Assembly (NCBI RefSeq): GCF_048593235.1
Contig: NC_133618.1
Location: 75,116,478 to 75,180,477, forward strand
Direction of reading: 5' to 3'
DNA from: Sminthopsis crassicaudata
Taxonomy: Eukaryota
DNA: 64,000 nt
Both the position numbers and the translations under genes were made by a program. Shown here one piece after another: positions 37,730 through 50,840 of the stretch (within the stretch, counting starts at the first letter, position 1; each line of letters opens with the position of its first letter). The notes under the pieces are model-generated. The model was given only the letters and a program-made list of their open reading frames with translations. It made no database searches and had not been told where the DNA came from.

Positions 37730-38162
37730 ATGTAACAAAAAAATCAAAGAGCTAGCCATAAGAGAAGGAAAGTTTTCTTTATATAGCTAGAGGAAGGGAA
37801 TTAGACACACATTTCTGGGAGGAGACTTCACGTTGCTAAGGACAAACTACTATGCAGTAACCTGGAACTGTGACAATGAGGGGTAACAGTAACAAAGAGA
37901 CAAGTTTTATTCATGGCACAGCTTCATGACCAGAACATAGTTACTGCAGGTGTTTGTCTAAGCTCAGGGAATACCTGAAACTGCCATGTAACAGTTCTGG
38001 GATTCTCTTACATAAAAGTTCCTCAAGAAGGGGAACATAAAGATTGCTGTTAGGCAAAGCTCAGAGCACAGCTTGCTTGTTAGAACCTGGGTTGGGAAAA
38101 TAGTAAAGAGAGAGGGATGTTCTCAGCCTGGAAATCCTGAAACTTCCCAAGTCCTATCCACA
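37730..38162 (-). mobile_element. Probable solo LTR, unit-2 intron specific
   Basis: Insertion relative to unit 1, begins tgtaac and ends tccaca, with ttttatt (minus-strand polyA signal) at about 37905. Confidence 0.4.
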
Positions 38163-38229
38163 TTGCACTTCATTGATTCTTTTTGTAATTCAAGAAATAT
38201 TGTTAATAAATGCATTTTATTATTGTTTG

Positions 38230-38450
38230 GTTATTTCAATTACTCTTCATGAGTCTATTTGGGATTTTCTTGGCAAAATTCTAGAGTACTTTACCACTTC
38301 CTCCTCCAACTCACTTTTAGAGAAGGAAACTAACAAATGGTATTAAGTGACTTGCCCTGGTACACACAGCTAATAATTGTTTGAGGGCAGTTTTGATGGG
38401 TCTTCATCACCCCAGACCTGGCACTATCTACTAAGTGACCATGCTGGCCT
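38230..38450 (-). mobile_element. MAR1-type SINE, unit-2 intron
   Basis: actcttcatgagtc...gattttcttggcaaa...aagtgacttgccc. Confidence 0.55.
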
Positions 38451-40644
38451 ATTAGTCAACTACTTACAACCTTAAATCTTCCCAACCATTCCAGCCTAAG
38501 ACAATTCATTCATCTTCTGAATTTCTAAAACATTTAATTTTCATTAAGCAATTCTTTGAACAATTTCATAAAGCAATCTTCTTAAGTTCCAGTAAAGATT
38601 AAGAATTTGCCATAAATCAATGGATAAGCATTATCAAGCATTTACTAAGCTCCAGGCAATATATAAAAAACTAGATTTATAAAGAAAAAAAAAAAAACCT
38701 GCTCTCAAAGAGCTTACTTTCTAATGGGAGAAACATGCACACATATAGGCATCTACAAGGTATTTATTAAGTAAATAAAAATTTTAGATGGGAAAGCACC
38801 ACTAACTGATGGTATCCTTATTGAACAAACAATGGAACACCTTTCCTTGAATTATAGCAATCTGTGGAATTTTTCAACAGTGGTTGGACAAGCTTTTGTC
38901 AAATGCGTTGTAAAAGGCTGGCCTACACAGACATGGGTTGAACTAGATGAACACTTAGGTAGATTCCCCTTTTGAAATTCTGATTCACTGATCATATTTT
39001 GACCACAGATGAACAAAGCATCTTGGAAGAATTAAACAAGTCATTCACTTACTTAAAAATACAAACTTTTCTTGATTTGGCTGGTTGGTTGTTGTCCTTC
39101 ATCCTTAAAGTGAATCAAAATTACATGATTATTTTTCAGGAAATTACATTATCTCTCACCATGCTTGATCAGGCCAATATAAACTCAAAAGCCTCTACCA
39201 CAGCTTGGGTACAAATACTCCATGAGAACATTAGGGGCTGGATTTTCTAAATTTGGAGATCTGGAATCTCTTTTGATTTAGACCAATTCTGCTTTTCTCA
39301 TAGACCACATCACCTTTTGCATGAAGGCATCTCGTCATGAACAGTTCTGTGCCAGCATCTCCCATGCTGCATAATCAAATCCAAAGTTCTTCAGAGAGAT
39401 CTAGACAGGGATTTTGTATTGCATTTTCTGACCACTACAGGAGTGTTACCTTATTTAATTTCTCCATAAAAGAGTTTTTAGGCAAACATACATTTGCCAT
39501 CCAAACAACATGGCAATCCCATCAGAATTACACTGTCTGCAGTAGAGTTTGAATGCTTGGCAATTCAGTTCCAAAAAGGAAGTCACCCTGCCAGGTGATC
39601 TTGAGAATCTTCCAAAGACTGTTCAAACAGAAGCCATTCAGTTTCCTGACATGACATTAGTATATTTCCAAATTTCATGGCCATATGAAAATGAGATCTG
39701 CACAATAGCCCTGTAGCACTTCTTTTCAGTAATTAGTCTAATACCTCTTTTCCCCACACTTTCCTTTGAAGCTGAGTTTATCACTGGGCTAGCCAGAGCT
39801 AGCATATATTAACTTCAACATCTATGTGTCTATCAATGGAAGACACACCATCAAGGTAAGATAATTTATCCACAGCATTTAAAATTTCTAGTCTTGTCTC
39901 ACTTAGGGCTGCTATTTGGATGTGATACCTGCTGAATTCACTTGCAATAAGAGCTGTTCAACTTGGAGGTCTACTGCACTTTTTATTACATATATTCGGG
40001 TACACCTCCTGTGTACTGATAGAGAGTAGAATCATTTCGTGAAGATTTTTGTATATTTTTACATGTTTTGATCACAGAATAAGATCCCAATATGGCTTGG
40101 TAAACCAAGTAATCCAGAGCTAGGTAAGTAGAAAATTTTTAGGAAATCTTTTTTATCCCTTTCCTCACACCAGGAGGTAACATTGTGGTAATTAAAAGGC
40201 TGCTCAGACACTGCAAAAGTTGCTAAATCCCACTGCTGCTTCCAATGGCAAAGTAATCATATGGCCTGGCCTACCTGTGTGCAGATTGGTGACTATATCT
40301 CCCAGTCTATCTATTACTGCTATTTCATCATTGCCTGTTACCAAGGCACTTTGAGATTGGTTAAAAAAAAAAATTAAGGTAAATGATTTAGGTAATTTCT
40401 TTTGTTTCATTCATCAATTGGATTTTACTGAGGCAGAGTTGTACTAAGTTACTGATCCTACTCTCTCTTCCAGAGTCATCCCAATGCAGTGACAAAGCAG
40501 AGTCAACACAACTGGTGATGCCTCGAGATGGAGTATAGCATATAGGGGATCTTAGGAAGACTAGTAGACTTAGGTGTAAGGTCTGCCGATCACCTTTCAG
40601 AACTGCTTTCACCTTTGGTGTCTCTCTCATCTACCTAACTCTTC

Positions 40645-40800
40645 CAGGTGTTCTCAAACTATGGTCCGCTGCCCAGATGCTTTATGCAGCCCGCCAGGTT
40701 ATGGCAAATGGGCTGAGGGGCGGAGACACTATAGTCCAGCCCTCCCACAGTCTGAGGGACAGTGAACTGGCCCCCTATTTTAAAAGTTTGAGGACCACTG
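40645..40800 (+). mobile_element. Non-autonomous hAT/Charlie MITE of the OC1 (OposCharlie1/hAT1) family
   Basis: 16-bp TIRs CAGGTGTTCTCAAACT and revcomp CAGTGGTCCTCAAACT. 3' end tatagtccagccctcccacagtctgagggacagtgaactggccccctattttaaaagtttgaggaccactg matches my recollection of OC1 subterminal sequence. The 8-bp TSD is not convincing (AACTCTTC vs CACTATGC). Confidence 0.8.
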
Positions 40801-41867
40801 CACTATGCTTCCAAAAAGTTTTAGTCTGCACCCAATTGAACTACAATATGGGCAGATAAGATAGACAAGGTTAAGGGCAACTTAACTTGAGAAGTCTCAA
40901 ACCACTCACTGAGTTAGGAGAATATCTTTACTCAAGCCTATGGATACTTCCCATGGTGGGATGGGCAGAATAGAACAATTTATTACAACAGTCATAAGGG
41001 TAGCTGAAGCAAGTTCTGTGGAGCTCTTTGAACTTGGTTAGACATCAAAGAAGACAAGGTCATCTGTTCTTTCACATCACAATGAGAGGCTAGCTTGGAA
41101 ATACTTTTGGCTGAACATACTTGCTGAAAACTTTTCCCCTGCGTATGCAATTGAATAAAGGTAAATAGGAAAAAGAGACTTCTGCACTGTTGAAAGCTAT
41201 TGCCCACAGTTGTTCCATCCTTCTCCTAATTTGTATATGTATTAAATCATGAAAGAACTTGATTGATAGGAAAGCAAATCTGGCTTTTATCCTCTGGGGG
41301 ATAGGGATATATTGAACATTTTGACAAAGGATGACTTGGAAATTAAGTCCATGTGATTAATGAAGAATATGGCAACTGTAAAGATAAGTAACTGCAATTT
41401 GTAGAATCATCAAATCTCAGGTTCATTTAGTTCACTTTAAAATTAGAAGTCATCTTGTTGCCCAATTATGAAAATTCCTGCTAAATAATTTCTGACAGGA
41501 ACCCAACCACGATTTTAACACTTACTGTGACAAGTGCCCACTGGTTTTCAAGTCAGGCTATCTCATTTTTATCAGCTACTTATTAATGACATAAACTTTA
41601 CAAAAGAACAAGTGACTAGAAAGAGACTTGAATTAGGATGACCAATGAAGAGGATACCTAGGTGTTAAACCCATCTCAAATGGCAGGACATAGATCAGAT
41701 CACTTCTCCAGATATAAATTTCCTCAGTTATAAAAATTAGAAGTCATAGTTGGTGATATCTCAGGTTTCTTTCAGATCTGAATCTTTATGAAGTTTGCTT
41801 CATAAACAAGGTATATTTACTAAAATTTCTTTTCAAAGAAATGATTAGTATTTTTGTTTTCTCTCAG

Positions 41868-42833
41868 ATGAAGCAAGTTTATGATGAAAATGGGAACCAT
41901 ACCATTATTTCTGAATTCATTCTCCTGGGCCTGCCTATCCAACCAGAGCTAAAGGCCCTTTTCTATGCCTTCTTCCTGGCCATGTACCTAACTACAGTCC
42001 TTGGGAACATGCTCATCATCCTCTTGATCTCTGTGGATTCCCACCTACACACACCCATGTATCTGTTCCTCAGCAACCTGTCCTTCTCTGACATATGCTT
42101 CTCTTCTGTGACCATTCCCAAACTGTTGATAAATATGCAGAGCAAGAAACCAACTATCCCTTATCCTGGATGCCTGACCCAGATGTACTTCTTCCTTTTC
42201 TTTGGAGACCTGGAAAGCTTCCTGCTAGTAGCCATGGCCTATGACCGTTATGTGGCCATCTGCTACCCACTGCACTACACAGTCATGATGAACCCCAAGC
42301 TATGTAACTCTCTTGTGGTGCTCTCCTGGGTCCTAACTACCTTTCATGCAATGCTGGAAACCCTGCTCATGTCTCGATTATCTTTTTGTGATAACAACAT
42401 TATCCCCCACTTCTTCTGTGACACGTCTGCCCTGCTAAAACTGGCTTGTTCAGATATCCACATCAATGAACTAGTACTATTAATGGCAGTAGGACTGATT
42501 ATTGTTGCACCATTCCTGCTAATTGTCATATCCTATGCTCGTATCCTCTCTTCTATCCTCAGGGTGCCCTCTGTGAGGGGCATCCGCAAAGCCTTCTCTA
42601 CCTGTGGTTCCCACCTCTCAGTGGTCTCTCTCTTCTATGGGATGATCATTGGACTCTATTTGTGCCCTTCAGCCAACAATTCCACATTAAAGGAGACAGT
42701 CATGTCAATCATGTACACTATGGTAACACCGATGCTGAACCCCTTCATCTATAGTCTGAGAAATCAAGACATAAAAGGGGCCTTCAAGAAACTCCTAGAA
42801 GGAAAAAAAATCCCCAACTCCCTGGGAATATGA
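41868..42833 (+). CDS. OR1E: Olfactory receptor OR1E-like, copy E2, 321 aa, intact
   Basis: Same OR1E motifs. Start follows ttttctctcag. Carries LHTLL>LETLL, CDMS>CDTS and FYGT>FYGM changes relative to E1/E3. Confidence 0.95.
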   Translation: MKQVYDENGNHTIISEFILLGLPIQPELKALFYAFFLAMYLTTVLGNMLIILLISVDSHLHTPMYLFLSNLSFSDICFSSVTIPKLLINMQSKKPTIPYPGCLTQMYFFLFFGDLESFLLVAMAYDRYVAICYPLHYTVMMNPKLCNSLVVLSWVLTTFHAMLETLLMSRLSFCDNNIIPHFFCDTSALLKLACSDIHINELVLLMAVGLIIVAPFLLIVISYARILSSILRVPSVRGIRKAFSTCGSHLSVVSLFYGMIIGLYLCPSANNSTLKETVMSIMYTMVTPMLNPFIYSLRNQDIKGAFKKLLEGKKIPNSLGI

Positions 42834-44183
42834 TACTGAATTTTCTAACATAATACTTAACAATTACAAAGGGAATGCATGGCATAATAATAATGAAGAC
42901 ACTAAAAAGATAAATCATCTCCTTGCTTACATTTCTTCCCATCTATTCTACACTATCAGAATATTCTTCCTTAAACCTTCTTTCTGTTATATCCCACTCA
43001 TACTCAAATACTGTTCAGTCTTCCAAGACTACTCTTCCTCTCTTCCTTCCCCTTATACCTCTACATATACTGGGTATTACAACCAGATTTATCTCATCAC
43101 AGTCACTATTGCTATCTCTACTGCTACCCACTTTTCCAGATGGAGTGCTCTCTCCTTTTCTCAACATTCTTTGAACATTAATGTCCAACATATATGCCCT
43201 TTTGTGGATGTATTTTAGACATGTTCGTTATATACTAAGTATTAGATTTTGTATAAGGTATAGCTCCCTTATATCTTCTCAACATCCTTCATTGATGTGA
43301 TTGAATACCTTTCAATTCCTAAATCACTAAATTTTCTAATTTAACAATTTCTGATGTACTCTCTTAAGAATACTCTTATGATGTAAGCATAATTCCACCT
43401 GGATATGAAAATATTATCATGGTTTGAGGAAAAGTGAAAAGATTTCTTAAAGCAGTTTAATTTAAAATATTTTATTTTTCCCAATTACATTGACAATTTT
43501 TAGAATTAATTTTTAAATGATGAATTCCAAATTTTTCTCTCTACTTCTCCCCTCCCCTATTCCAAAAATGGTAGGCAATTTATGTTATACATGTGCTATC
43601 ATAGGCATAGTTTTGATAGAAGAAATAGATTAAAAGTGGGAAAAAAGAAAAGAATAAGTGCATGGAAATATGTTTCACTCTGCATTTAGAATCCATCATT
43701 TCTTTGTGAGTCTTTTGTATTTTTCTTGGATCACTGTGTTGCTAAAAAGAACTTAAGTCATTCATATCTGATCATCATGAAATGTTGTTAACTGCATACA
43801 GTGTTTACCTGGTCCTATTAATTTCATTTTGCATCACTTTGTATAAGTCTTTCCAGTTTTTTCCCTGAATTCTATCTGTTCATTATTTCTTACTGCACAA
43901 TAGTATTCTATTATGATTTTGCAACTTGCTTAGTAATTCCCCAATTGATTTTTTTGGCTTCACTTTTTTATTTATTTATTTAATATTTTCGCCCAATTAC
44001 ATTCAAGAATTTTTTTTTTACATTTGCTTTTAAAATTTTTGAGTTCTACATTCTCTCTTAGCCCCACCCACAATTAAGAAATCACATGTGAAGTTATGAA
44101 AAACATTTCCATAAAGTGAAATTGTGAAAGGAAACATAAATCTCCAATCCTAATGAAAAAAAAATCATCAAGAAAAATAAAGT

Positions 44184-44311
44184 NNNNNNNNNNNNNNNNN
44201 NNNNNNNNNNNNNNNNNNNNNNNNNNNNNNNNNNNNNNNNNNNNNNNNNNNNNNNNNNNNNNNNNNNNNNNNNNNNNNNNNNNNNNNNNNNNNNNNNNNN
44301 NNNNNNNNNNN
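44184..44311. other. Assembly gap (128 N) at the unit 2/unit 3 boundary
   Basis: Run of N. Confidence 1.
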
Positions 44312-44457
44312 AAGCTAATTTCTCAATAAAAGTTTTATTATTAAAATATGTATTGAACCAAGGCAAATTTCCAAGAATAAAATCCATCCTCCAATTGATA
44401 GATTTTAATGATAGGAATATACAGTTTTCAGAGGAAGAAATCAAAGCTTTCAATAGA

Positions 44458-44888
44458 TGTCTGAACCTGCTCACTAGAGATACCAGCCTAAATCCTGATC
44501 ATGGATGAGAAGTGAAAGGCAGAACTCACAAAGGGTCAAACAGAAGTCCATTTATTCAAATTTTTCTTAGACTTATATATCCTTACCTAATTACCTATAT
44601 TACTTACTTATTTACTTACCTATATTATTTGCCTAATTATAGCTCACTGCACATGCATGAACTATAGGATACTGCACATGCAGAACCACATAAACAACTT
44701 GCTATTGTGTGCAGATGTTTCCTTGCCACTTTGATATAACTCTGCTTTAATTACAACACGGGTTGTCATGCCCCCTAACTTCTCAGGAAAGCCGAGACAC
44801 CCCTGGGGGAATGGGGAGTCAAAGCAGACTTGTCAGCAGGGTTCCTTTTACTGGACTAAAGAGTCTTATACCTTGCCCAGGATTCCAC
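44458..44888 (-). mobile_element. Probable solo LTR, unit-3 specific
   Basis: Insert within old L1 relative to unit 1. tttatt at about 44550, ends gattccaca. Confidence 0.4.
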
Positions 44889-45437
44889 ACTATCTATGGC
44901 CCTATACAAATAGAAAAAGAAAAAATGCTCTAAATCAATAATAACAATATATAATATATATAATAATATATAAACAATATATAATAGCAAAATTCACATA
45001 ACATCCACTCTGAGGTGTCATCTTGGATAGCCAGATGATGCAATAAATGGAGTTCTGGACTTGGGGCCAGGAAAACTTAAGTCTAAATCTTGCCTCAACT
45101 TTTTTCTTTGCTTTTATTTTTGGAACATGGCTAATGTGACCATTTATTTTGTGACTATACATGTTTATAATGGTTTGTTAGGGTTTGGGGGGCAAGGGAG
45201 TTCTTGTCTTTTCAATGGATAAAGGAGTAGAGTTCATAACCTGAGCAAAGAGAGATGATTCACAAAGGTGAAAACAATTGTATAATTGTCCCTGTGAGGC
45301 TATGAACCAGGAATATAGTGGGTGGTTCTGATAAAAAGTACTACAACACTACAAATAAGAGGATAATTAAAATAAAGGATACTTTCTAAGTTCCAAAGGA
45401 AGTTTAAGAATATGAAAACTTCTACAAATATTTATGA

Positions 45438-45657
45438 AGTCTGGCCCAGAGAGATCAACTTCAGGGGGACAGAGGAAGAGAACTTGAACACAAGAAAATC
45501 TTCACATTTGTCACTAATGAATTTCTCAGGGACCTAAGGTCTCCAGGGTCAAGGACACTGAAGAAAGGGAAAGACCCAGACAAAAAACCATGGAGAACAG
45601 AGAAGGCAGAAACAAGGATCAAGATCCTAGAACCTCATTCAGGCTATCCAAGTAAGT
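45438..45657 (+). promoter_or_regulatory. E3 promoter module and predicted 5' exon with donor
   Basis: TAATGA 45515-45520, TTCTCAGGGA 45523-45532, TCTCCAGGGT 45540-45549, donor CAA|GTAAGT at 45652. Confidence 0.7.
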
Positions 45658-45754
45658 TGAAAAGAAGCTGAGAATTTCACTGTCTGGATTCCTGACTCTA
45701 ACATGCTATTGTTCCTGATCTATCCGAAATCTGTTCTTTTTTTTTGCAAAGACA

Positions 45755-45808
<54 letters not shown>

Positions 45809-47204
45809 CATATGGTTCCAAATGGCCTCTGAGATAAAAATAGAAAATTTTACTCTGATGTTCAAAGCCTCCCACCATTTGTTCCAAACTATTTTCTGAG
45901 ATTAACTTCACATGACTTGCCTTCACATATTCAGTATTCAGATAAACTAACCTACAAACTATTCCTCAAAATCAATATCCTCTCTCCCACCTCCATGCAT
46001 TCTCACATGCCATTCCCTATGCTTTAAATGCACTCTCTCCACATCTTCCTGTGACCGAATCCTTATTACTCTTAAAAATTCTACTCAAGCACCAATTTCA
46101 CTAAGAATAGTTGCCTAATACCACCAGATATAGGCACATCCTCATACTCAAATTTCGTTCCATTATACTGACTCAAATAAATGTGGAATGCAATGTTCTT
46201 CAGACAAGGAACTTTGGTCTTTAGGCTTAATACCTTGAATGCACATAGAAGATGCTTCATAAATATATCAAACATCTATATAGTTCCTACTATGTACCAG
46301 GACCCATGCTAAGCACTTTTCAGCTATCTCATTGGATTCTTGCAACACCAATAGAAAATAGAAGCTATGATTGTGCCCTTGTTATAGATGAGGAATCTGA
46401 GGCAAATAGAAGATAAGTAATTTGATTTGGTCAACAAAAGTCACACAGCTAGTAAGTGTCTGGGATTACAAGTGAACTCAGGTCTTCCTGATGCAAATAT
46501 CAATTGCACAGATTACAGATATACATAGGGGGAAAAAAGAGGTAGAAAGCACATCATATGCTGAAAAACTTAGTTTACTGTTACTGAAAACATTGATTTA
46601 TGTGAATATATTGCAAAATAACATAAACAAAAATAAATATAATCTGGAGCTGTCATTGATTTAAGTATGGTTTCCAGAGTAAGGATGATCCTAATCCCAC
46701 AATTCTCTATCTGGAAATTGTGTTTAAGGAAAAGACAATTACAAGTTACATAATGTCCAGAGGATGCAGGCAAACGTGATGAACAAAATTTTAAATATGC
46801 AATATCTCAAAATCACAAAATTTCAGACTTCTAAGGCAACTCAGAGAACATCTAGTAAAATTCATGTGTTCATGAATTCTCTTCACAACATATCAAAAGA
46901 TGTTCTTAACTTGAAAATTGTTTTAAAAGGATTTGAAACTAGAACCAGTGACTCCACATTCATTGTTCCTTCTAACTATACTATAGAGTAGTATAGTAGA
47001 AGGTGACTCATTTGAACGCACCATATATGCTTAATCAAGAAAACAGATGCAACATTTAAGTAGGAAGAGATCGCTTCTCTTATCAAATGTTTTAAAAACT
47101 GTACTGTGTTGAGGTATTTAACTTCTGAGTTAACCCACAGTATAAAATCAGATGCAATGATTGAATATTACAAAGAAATATATTTTGGTTCAAAAGAAAA
47201 ATAA

Positions 47205-47572
47205 CTTTTGGCAGGTTGAGGGAAATTGGGAGTTCTCAAATGTTAAGGACCATGCCTAAGTGTGAAGGGATGGGTCAGTTCTCCAGAAAGCCCCCACAGC
47301 TGTGAATCATAATAAGCTTGAAGGAGTTGCAAATCAGCTTTTACTGATACAGATGTTGCTTGTGAATAGGGAATGAAATAAATTGGAGGCAGAGGGAAGA
47401 GGAGAGAGGTCAGAGAATGCAACTGCCTCTCATCTCTTGTACCATTATCATCCTCTCACATGAAAGGATCTATTCTGCTGGTCAGAATTAGATCCCCAGC
47501 AGCCACTAGCCGGTGACTCCCTTAACACTCAAACTCATCAGTGAGTCAGGGGTTCTAACTCAAGCATAAGCT
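47205..47572. mobile_element. Probable LTR fragment replacing part of the E3 intron
   Basis: Homology to units 1 and 2 stops at about 47200 and resumes at about 47575 with about 1 kb missing. Marsupial LTR-like text (ttggaggcagagggaagaggagag). Confidence 0.4.
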
Positions 47573-48452
47573 ACTTCCTATGATGGGATGGGCAGATAAG
47601 AACAATTTATTACAACAGTCATAAAAGCAACTAAAGCAAGCTCTATGGAGCACCTTGAGTTTGATTAGACATCAAAGAAGCCAAAATTATCTACTCTGCC
47701 CTCACATAATAATGAGAGTTGGCTTGGTAATATCTTTGGCTGAAAAATTTTCCCCCTGCTTATGCTTATGAAAATAAAGAGGAGAGACTGCTGTTCTCTT
47801 GAAAGCTATTGACCACAGCTGTTCGATCTTTCTACTGTTCAGCTGTGCTCTATTTCCATCATGGAGGAACTTGACAGCTAGAAAAGCAAGTTGGGCTTTC
47901 AACCTCTGGTTGAAAAGGGACACACTGAACATTTTGACAAAAATAAAAGATGACTTGGAAATTAAGTCCATGTAGCTAATAAAGAACATGTCAGCTGTGA
48001 AGATGAGGAGCTGCAATTTATATACCACAGAATCTTAGTGAATTCAGAAGCTATCTAACAAGATATAAGAATTCCTGCTAAAATTCTAACAGGTGTCCAG
48101 CCACTAGATTTGAATACTTCCCGTGACAAATGCCTACTGATTATCAAATCAGGCTATCTCATTTTTTATCAAAACCTAATTAGTGACATAAACTTTGCAA
48201 AAGAACAGATGACTGAAAAGAGGCTTAGATTGGGATAACTAATAAACTAGAAATCTAGATTTTAATCCCATCTTAATCACTTCTCTAGATATTAGTTTCC
48301 TCATTTATAAAAATTATGTCAGACTTGATGTCTCAGGTTTCTTCCAGCTCTGAAACTCTACAAACTGTCTCATGAACAAGCTATTTTTACTAAAATTTCT
48401 TTTCAAAGAAATAATTGGCATTTTTTTGTGTTTTTTGTGTTTTTTTTTTTAG

Positions 48453-49418
48453 ATGAAGCAAGTTTATGATGAAAATAAGAACCAAACCATTATCTCTGAA
48501 TTCATTCTCCTAGGCCTACCTATCCAACCAGAGCTAAAGGCTATTGTCTATGCCCTCTTCCTGGCCATGTACCTAACTACAATCCTCGGGAACATGCTCA
48601 TCATCCTCTTGATCTCTCTGGATTCCCGCCTACACACACCTATGTATCTGTTCCTCAGCAATCTGTCCTTCTCTGACATGTGCTTCTCTTCTGTGACCAT
48701 CCCCAAACTGTTGGTAAACATGCAGAGCATGAAACCAGTCATCCCCTATCCTGGATGCCTGACCCAGATGTACTTCTTCCTTTTCTTTGGAGATCTGGAG
48801 AGCTTTCTGTTGGTGGCCATGGCTTATGATCGCTATGTGGCCATCTGTTACCCACTGCACTACACAATCATGATGAGCCCCAAGCTATGCAGTTCTCTTG
48901 TAGTGCTCTCCTGGGTCCTAACTACCTTTCATGCAATGCTGCATACTCTGCTTATGTCTCGATTATCTTTCTGTGATAACAACATTATCCCCCACTTCTT
49001 CTGTGACATGTCTGCCCTTCTGAAACTGGCTTGTTCAGATATCCACATCAATGAACTAGTAATATTCATCATGGGTGGGCTAGTTATTGTTGCACCATTC
49101 CTGCTAATTGTCATATCCTATGCTCGTATCCTCTCTTCTATCCTCAGGGTGCCCTCTGTGAGGGGCATCCGCAAAGCCTTCTCTACCTGTGGTTCCCACC
49201 TCTCAGTGGTCTCTCTCTTCTATGAGACAATCATTGGACTCTATTTGTGCCCTTCAGCCAACAATTCCACATTAAAGGAGACAGTCATGTCAATCATGTA
49301 CACTGTGGTAACACCAATGCTGAACCCCTTCATTTATAGTCTGAGGAATCAAGACATGAAAGGGGCTTTCAAGAAACTCCTAGAAGGAAGAAAAATTTCC
49401 AACACCCTTGTACTATGA
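48453..49418 (+). CDS. OR1E: Olfactory receptor OR1E-like, copy E3, 321 aa, intact ORF with FYG>FYE substitution
   Basis: Full OR1E motif set. The ATG directly follows a T-rich tract and AG. GAG at 49224-49226 replaces the conserved TM6 glycine. Confidence 0.93.
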   Translation: MKQVYDENKNQTIISEFILLGLPIQPELKAIVYALFLAMYLTTILGNMLIILLISLDSRLHTPMYLFLSNLSFSDMCFSSVTIPKLLVNMQSMKPVIPYPGCLTQMYFFLFFGDLESFLLVAMAYDRYVAICYPLHYTIMMSPKLCSSLVVLSWVLTTFHAMLHTLLMSRLSFCDNNIIPHFFCDMSALLKLACSDIHINELVIFIMGGLVIVAPFLLIVISYARILSSILRVPSVRGIRKAFSTCGSHLSVVSLFYETIIGLYLCPSANNSTLKETVMSIMYTVVTPMLNPFIYSLRNQDMKGAFKKLLEGRKISNTLVL

Positions 49419-50840
49419 TACTGAAGCTTCTACATAACTCTTTAAAATTACAATGAGAATGTGTAATGTAATAATAATATAGGTACTAGAAAAATATCCT
49501 ATATGGTCTCTTCGCTTCCATTTCCTCCCATTCATTCCTATGTATTCTACATTACCAGAGTATTCTTCCTTAAATCCCCCTTCTATTACATCCCTCTCCT
49601 ACTCAGATATTTTACATTCTTTTAAGACTGACTTTTCCTTTCTTCTCTCCCCCTGTTCCTGTACTTGCAACCAGACTAGTCTCATCACATTTCCTATTGC
49701 TATCCCTATTATTACCCACTTTCCCAGAGGAAGTGCTCTCCCCTGCTTTTTTCAACATTCTATACCCTTTAAAGAACAGTTCAAATTCTTCTTTATTGAT
49801 TTATTTTTAAATCATTTTAAAAACATTAGTTACATATTTTTAGACCCTGCATTAGATACAGCTCTCTTATATCTTCTCAACCATCCCTGACTGAAATGAT
49901 TGAATCCCTCCTCCAAATTCCCAAGTCACTAAACTTAGTGATTTTTTATGTCCAAATCTTCTTTTAGGATGCAAGCATAATTCTACCTGGATATGAGAGT
50001 GCTATCATTGTTTGGGAGGAGGGATAAGAACGCTTAACTAAAGAATTTTAATTTAGAGTATTTTTCCAAACAATGTGTCAAGACAGTTTTTAGCATTATT
50101 TTTTAACAAGATTTTTGAGTTCTAAATTTTTCTCCCACCTTCACTCTTCCAAAAATGGCAGGCAATTTGATAAAGATTATACATGTGCTATCATGTAAAA
50201 CATACTTCCATATTAGTTGCAGTTGTAAAAAAGAAAAAAATAGATCAAAAAAGAAAATAATAATAATAATAATATGATATGTGATAAAATATGTTTCTCT
50301 GTACATTCAGAATCCATTGGTTCTATGTCTAGATATAGAGTATAACATTTTTCTAAATGAGTCTTTTATATTTGTCTTTAATCATTGTATTGCTGAGAAG
50401 AACTGAGTCATTCATAGCTAATTACTATGCAATGTTGCTGATAAATGTTTTCCTGGTTCTACTCATTTCATTTGGATCATTGTACATAAGTCTTTCCAGC
50501 TTTTTCTGAAATCTGCTTGCTCATTATTTCTTATTGTACAATAATTTTCCATTACAGTTATATATGAGAGCAACTCTCCAATTAATGGATATCCTCTCAA
50601 TTTCCAATTATTTGCCACCATTAAAAGGCCTACTATAAATATTTTTGCATATGTAGGCCATTTTCCTTTTTCAAATTATCTCTTTGGGATAAGAATTTTG
50701 TAGTGCTGCTGCTGGATCAAAGGGTGTACACAGTTTAGTTGCCCTTTGGGTATAGTTTTATCTAACTCAAGGGCTTTATTCACTGCAACCAAGTCAATCA
50801 CCAACATCAATAAAGAACATTACATATTTCTGTGTGATTA

